32,000 nucleotides of DNA, taken from Mucisphaera calidilacus (GTDB lineage: Bacteria; Planctomycetota; Phycisphaerae; Phycisphaerales; Phycisphaeraceae). Where the stretch lies: positions 2,640,001 through 2,672,000 of the forward strand of contig NZ_CP036280.1 in the NCBI RefSeq assembly GCF_007748075.1, written 5' to 3'. The stretch's first letter is position 1, and each line of letters starts with the position of its first letter. This document shows positions 28,971 through 32,000 of the stretch, piece after piece. A model generated the notes under the pieces. That model was not told the origin of the DNA and did no database searches. It saw nothing but the letters and a program-made list of their open reading frames with translations. The position numbers were made by a program, and so were the translations under genes.

Positions 28971-29219
28971 TCATCCGCCCGATCCTGCTGCGCGACGTTT
29001 GACGTGGGTCTCCAGGCGCGTGAGATCGGCGATCTGCACGTTCGCGCTGGCCGTGTTTTCCTTCTTGATGGCTTCGTAGACTTCCTTGCGATGGACCTGG
29101 ACGTTCCGCGGGGCGTTGATCCCGAGTCTGACCTTGTCCCCGCGTATGTCGACGACCGTGATCTCGATCTCGTCGCCGATCATGATCGTCTCGTCCCGCT
29201 GACGGGATAGCACGAGCAT
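28971..29219 (-). CDS. csrA: Carbon storage regulator CsrA (long, FliW-partnered type)
   Basis: MLVLSRQRDETIMIGDEIEITVVDIRGDKVRLGINAPRNVQVHRKEVYEAI is canonical CsrA. The protein has an extended C-terminus (82 aa) and sits between fliW and fliC. Confidence 0.95.
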   Translation of the reverse strand: MLVLSRQRDETIMIGDEIEITVVDIRGDKVRLGINAPRNVQVHRKEVYEAIKKENTASANVQIADLTRLETHVKRRAAGSGG

Positions 29220-29257
29220 TGGAGGGGGCTCCTTCCTTGGGCCTCGTGACGTCGGCT

Positions 29258-29271
29258 ACGCATCCTTGCGT
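29258..29271 (-). promoter_or_regulatory. GGA-tetraloop hairpin in the csrA leader (candidate CsrA autoregulatory site)
   Basis: The minus-strand RNA reads ACGCA-AGGA-UGCGU, and CAAGGAUG matches the core of the CsrA SELEX consensus (RUACARGGAUGU) as I recall it. A second GGA-rich element, CAAGGAAGGAG, is the SD and lies 29 nt downstream. Confidence 0.5.
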
Positions 29272-29329
29272 GTGCACGGCGCTCGTGATGGGTGGGTGGG
29301 TTCGTTTCACGGTTGGGTCCGCGGCGCGG

Positions 29330-29776
29330 TCAGGCGCTCATGGCCTCGACGGGGGTGGGGAGTTCGACCAGCGGCACACGCGTCGTGAACCGCCTGTCCG
29401 ACAGGACCATCTGCTCACCCATGCGCTTGGCGACGTGGATGATCAGCGGACCCTGCAGGTTGCCCGTGAGCAGGTTGTCCTGCTTGTTCACGATGACGAA
29501 CACCTGCGCGTCCTCGGGCTCGTTGATGCCCAGGTCGGCGAGCTGGTCGCGTCGCAGGGGCACCTGGTACGTCGGGACGAACAGGCTCGGGTCGGTAACG
29601 ACAAAGGCGAGCTCCGGCATGTCGACCGACTGCAGCCACCAGAACGTGGCCTCATCACCCGACTCGATGAGCACGTACTCCCGGTACCTCGGAAAACCGA
29701 GGAGTCCCTTCGGGAAGCGGATGACACGGGTGTCGTCCACTTCGATCTCGCCGAATCGCGACGTCTGGATGATCAT
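29330..29776 (-). CDS. fliW: Flagellar assembly factor FliW
   Basis: MIIQTSRFGEIEVDDTRVIRFPKGLLGFP..FWWLQS....LTGNLQGPLIIH are typical FliW motifs. An alternative in-frame ATG at 29801-29803 would add 9 residues. Confidence 0.92.
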   Translation of the reverse strand: MIIQTSRFGEIEVDDTRVIRFPKGLLGFPRYREYVLIESGDEATFWWLQSVDMPELAFVVTDPSLFVPTYQVPLRRDQLADLGINEPEDAQVFVIVNKQDNLLTGNLQGPLIIHVAKRMGEQMVLSDRRFTTRVPLVELPTPVEAMSA

Positions 29777-29837
29777 CGCATCTACCTTCTTGTGGCCTGC
29801 CATCCTGGATCAGATTCCGCCTCGTTCCGAGACGGTC

Positions 29838-29854
29838 GACGGCATCCTGCCGTC
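29838..29854 (-). promoter_or_regulatory. GGA-triloop hairpin upstream of fliW
   Basis: The minus-strand RNA reads GACGGCA-GGA-UGCCGUC, a perfect 7-bp stem. It lies 35-62 nt upstream of the two candidate fliW start codons. CAGGAUG recurs at the upstream ATG (CCAGGAUGG). Confidence 0.4.
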
Positions 29855-29924
29855 GTCTGGGGGGGTCGGGGCTCGGCCACGAGGCCCGTTACCGCGCGTT
29901 TTTTGCGCCGCTGGCGCAAGAACT

Positions 29925-31901
29925 TCAGGACAGAAAATTCAGCAACGTGAGCTGCTGAATCTGACCTCCGGCCGTCAGTGAGGCCTGCAACTGCTGCTGG
30001 AGCTGGGTGAAGCGTGTCACCACCTCGGTGAGGTCGGCGTCCTGCAGGTCGCTAAGGAGGATTTCTTCGGTCAGTTTCATGTCTTCGATCCGCTGTATCT
30101 GCTGGTTGGTCCGACTGGCCTGCGTGGCGATGTTCGCCCGCGCCGTGTCAATGTCATTCAGGTCATTGCCTATGTTGTCCATAGCAAGCGCGATGCCAGA
30201 CGTGTCATCCCCGGTCAACGCGTCGCGTAAATCCATCAGATGGGTGAAAACATTCTCGGCACGAATGGTCGCTGTGTCCCTGCCGGCGATCGCGTTGCCC
30301 GCTCCCGCGTTACCCGCGATGCCAAGGTGATCCGCGGTGAGGTTGCTGCCGAGATTGACGACCTCGAAATCGCCGCCACCCGCGGTGTTGTCGGTGATCT
30401 CCAGACCGTTGCCGACGGCCTTGAAGCCAACAACAAAATCAACACCAACCGTCAGCCCGGCCGCAGCGGCCTCGTTCTCGATCGCGGTGATCACCTCGCC
30501 GACGGTCGTCAGCCCCTCCAGATCAACATCAAAGCTCGTTCCGTCATGAAGACGGAAGCCGATGTCGCTGTAGTTGTTGCCCAGGTCGTCGCTGCCCTCG
30601 TTGACGAGCACGCCCATGCCGTTGCGGAAGTCGCTCAGCCGCGTGTCGGCGCTGTAAGAGCGAAGCCCCAGATCGGTCGCCGTCGTGCCCCCGTTCTCAC
30701 CGATCGAGAAGCTGACACCCGAGACCTCACTGATCAGGTTGAAGCCGGTCTGGCCGGCGTTGATCTCCAGACGGACGCCGAGATCGAGCGCACGGATGGC
30801 GTTGTCGAGATCCTCAACGGTCTCAAGACCGGCCAGCGTGATGGTCTCCGAACGGCTGCCCTGATTGATCACTAGCCCGGAGGCGAAATCGACCGCGACA
30901 CCCAGATCAGCGAGCCGGGTGTTCTTGGTCAGCGGCGGATTCAGATCGCCCCCCGCCGTCGGCGGAAAACCGGTATTCGTGATGCTGATGCCCAGGTCGG
31001 CGGCGGAGGTCGCGCCGGGCAGATCGCTGATGGTCACGGGATCGACGCCGGTAGCCTCGAGCGCGAACCCGTTGTTGGTCAGCGTGATCGCCGCGGAGCC
31101 GGGCGTGATGGCGTCGAACGCGGCCGTCAACCGCGTGATGATGTCGTCCGCCGTCTCGCTGCCGGCCAGGTCGATGACCGCCGACGTCGCGCCGACGCTG
31201 ATCTGCACCTGCCCGGGCGTGATGCCCTGACCCCGTGCACCGTCGAGCGTGGCGAGCCGACTCGTGCCGGTCAGCGCCGGGTTGAGATCAACGTTGCTGG
31301 CGACGCGTGTGGTCAGAGCACCGAAAGCATCCGCGCCATTACTGTTGATCTCGCTCGGCCGCGACTGGCCGGTGTCGAGACGCAGACCCGAGTCGGCACC
31401 GAGATAGCGAACACCGCCGAGAAACTCCACGAACGGCTCGTCGATGTCGGTGTAGTCATTGCCCGCGAAGAGCGGAACGCCCAGGATGTCGCGGTTCGCG
31501 ATGGCGATCAGCGCATCGAGCTGCTCGGTGACGACAATCGCCTGCGCCTTGCGGGACTCCGCGTCGGAACCGCCCAGCTCGTTCGCCGCCTCCTGCGCGA
31601 GCGTCCGCGCCTCGAGAACGATCTCCTTGAAGTCCTTGATCGCCTGGTCGGCGGTGTTGAGGACCGAGGCGCTCTCGGCGAGGTTGTCCAACTCCTGATC
31701 GCGTTCGAGCAGCCGTCGTCGCAATGAAAGGATGGAAGACGCCTCACCCGGCGCATCCGAAACGCTGTCGTACTTCAGGCCGGTCGAGAGCTGACGCTGA
31801 AGATCGGCCATATCGACCTGCGTCTTGCGCAGCTGCTCGACAAGGGTGCTGCTCGAGAGCAGGCTGGTCACGCGGCCGCTGGTCGGGTTCACACCGCTCA
31901 T
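29925..31901 (-). CDS. flgL: Flagellar hook-associated protein 3 (hook-filament junction protein FlgL), enlarged form
   Basis: The N-terminus is flagellin-like (..QLRKTQVDMADLQRQLSTGLKYDSVSDAP..) and so is the C-terminus (..DADLTEVVTRFTQLQQQLQASLTAGGQI). The gene is positioned between flgK and fliW. At 658 aa it has a triplicated central module. Confidence 0.85.
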   Translation of the reverse strand: MSGVNPTSGRVTSLLSSSTLVEQLRKTQVDMADLQRQLSTGLKYDSVSDAPGEASSILSLRRRLLERDQELDNLAESASVLNTADQAIKDFKEIVLEARTLAQEAANELGGSDAESRKAQAIVVTEQLDALIAIANRDILGVPLFAGNDYTDIDEPFVEFLGGVRYLGADSGLRLDTGQSRPSEINSNGADAFGALTTRVASNVDLNPALTGTSRLATLDGARGQGITPGQVQISVGATSAVIDLAGSETADDIITRLTAAFDAITPGSAAITLTNNGFALEATGVDPVTISDLPGATSAADLGISITNTGFPPTAGGDLNPPLTKNTRLADLGVAVDFASGLVINQGSRSETITLAGLETVEDLDNAIRALDLGVRLEINAGQTGFNLISEVSGVSFSIGENGGTTATDLGLRSYSADTRLSDFRNGMGVLVNEGSDDLGNNYSDIGFRLHDGTSFDVDLEGLTTVGEVITAIENEAAAAGLTVGVDFVVGFKAVGNGLEITDNTAGGGDFEVVNLGSNLTADHLGIAGNAGAGNAIAGRDTATIRAENVFTHLMDLRDALTGDDTSGIALAMDNIGNDLNDIDTARANIATQASRTNQQIQRIEDMKLTEEILLSDLQDADLTEVVTRFTQLQQQLQASLTAGGQIQQLTLLNFLS

Positions 31902-31959
31902 GGCATGTTCCTTTCACGGGCTGTACGGCGTGCTGAGTTCATGACTGGCTTTCGCGTGC

Positions 31960-32000
31960 TCAAACGAGCCCGAGCAGGGTCTGGATCAGTTCGTCGGTCA
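31960..32000 (-). CDS. flgK: 3' end of the probable flagellar hook-associated protein 1 gene (last 13 codons only)
   Basis: Minus-strand reading gives ..TDELIQTLLGLV-stop (stop at 31960-31962). The call rests mainly on conserved flgK-flgL synteny and a FlgK-like C-terminal tail. There is very little sequence to go on. Confidence 0.35.
   Translation of the reverse strand, partial: TDELIQTLLGLV

Noticed and set aside
28921-28985. A sigma-28 promoter for fliC in the csrA-fliC spacer or the csrA 3' end (TGAACCCA-N11-CCCGACCG; GCGGATGA).
   Set aside because: The best candidates match only 3-4/8 in each half, or lack a -35 at the right spacing. The promoter cannot be called from sequence alone.

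Overview
The window is a visibly GC-rich bacterial chromosomal segment (roughly 60-65% GC by eye, not computed). It is densely packed with about 31 protein-coding genes on both strands, and third-codon-position GC bias separates real frames from the many long shadow ORFs in the track.

Most of the content is housekeeping: scpA (5' part), kdsD/kpsF, carB, ahpC-ahpD, pdxJ, dnaB, trpG/pabA and leuS. There are also several enzymes (metallophosphoesterase, VOC/glyoxalase, GT2, LD-carboxypeptidase, 5S-type carboxyltransferase, PfkB-like kinase).

Two themed blocks stand out:
- c-di-GMP signalling: a PilZ/receiver-like/Hpt-like protein translationally coupled to an EAL-like/HDOD protein at 2693-5148, and a small stand-alone PilZ protein at 10056-10511.
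- A late flagellar block on the minus strand, flgK'-flgL-fliW-csrA-fliC (27440-32000). Its leaders contain GGA-in-loop hairpins that look like CsrA binding sites.

The least explained genes are two tandem, paralogous ~460-aa polytopic membrane proteins, each with an embedded C-x2-C-x12-C-x2-C zinc-ribbon-like loop (23300-26083). I cannot assign them to a characterised family, and they are my best candidate for something undescribed.

I found no rRNA, tRNA, CRISPR array, transposase/integrase, prophage or recognisable defence genes. Overall this reads as core genome rather than an accessory island. The lineage cannot be established from the sequence. The CxxC...CPECG membrane proteins together with the FliW/CsrA flagellar module are reminiscent of Planctomycetota-like genomes, but that is recollection, not evidence.
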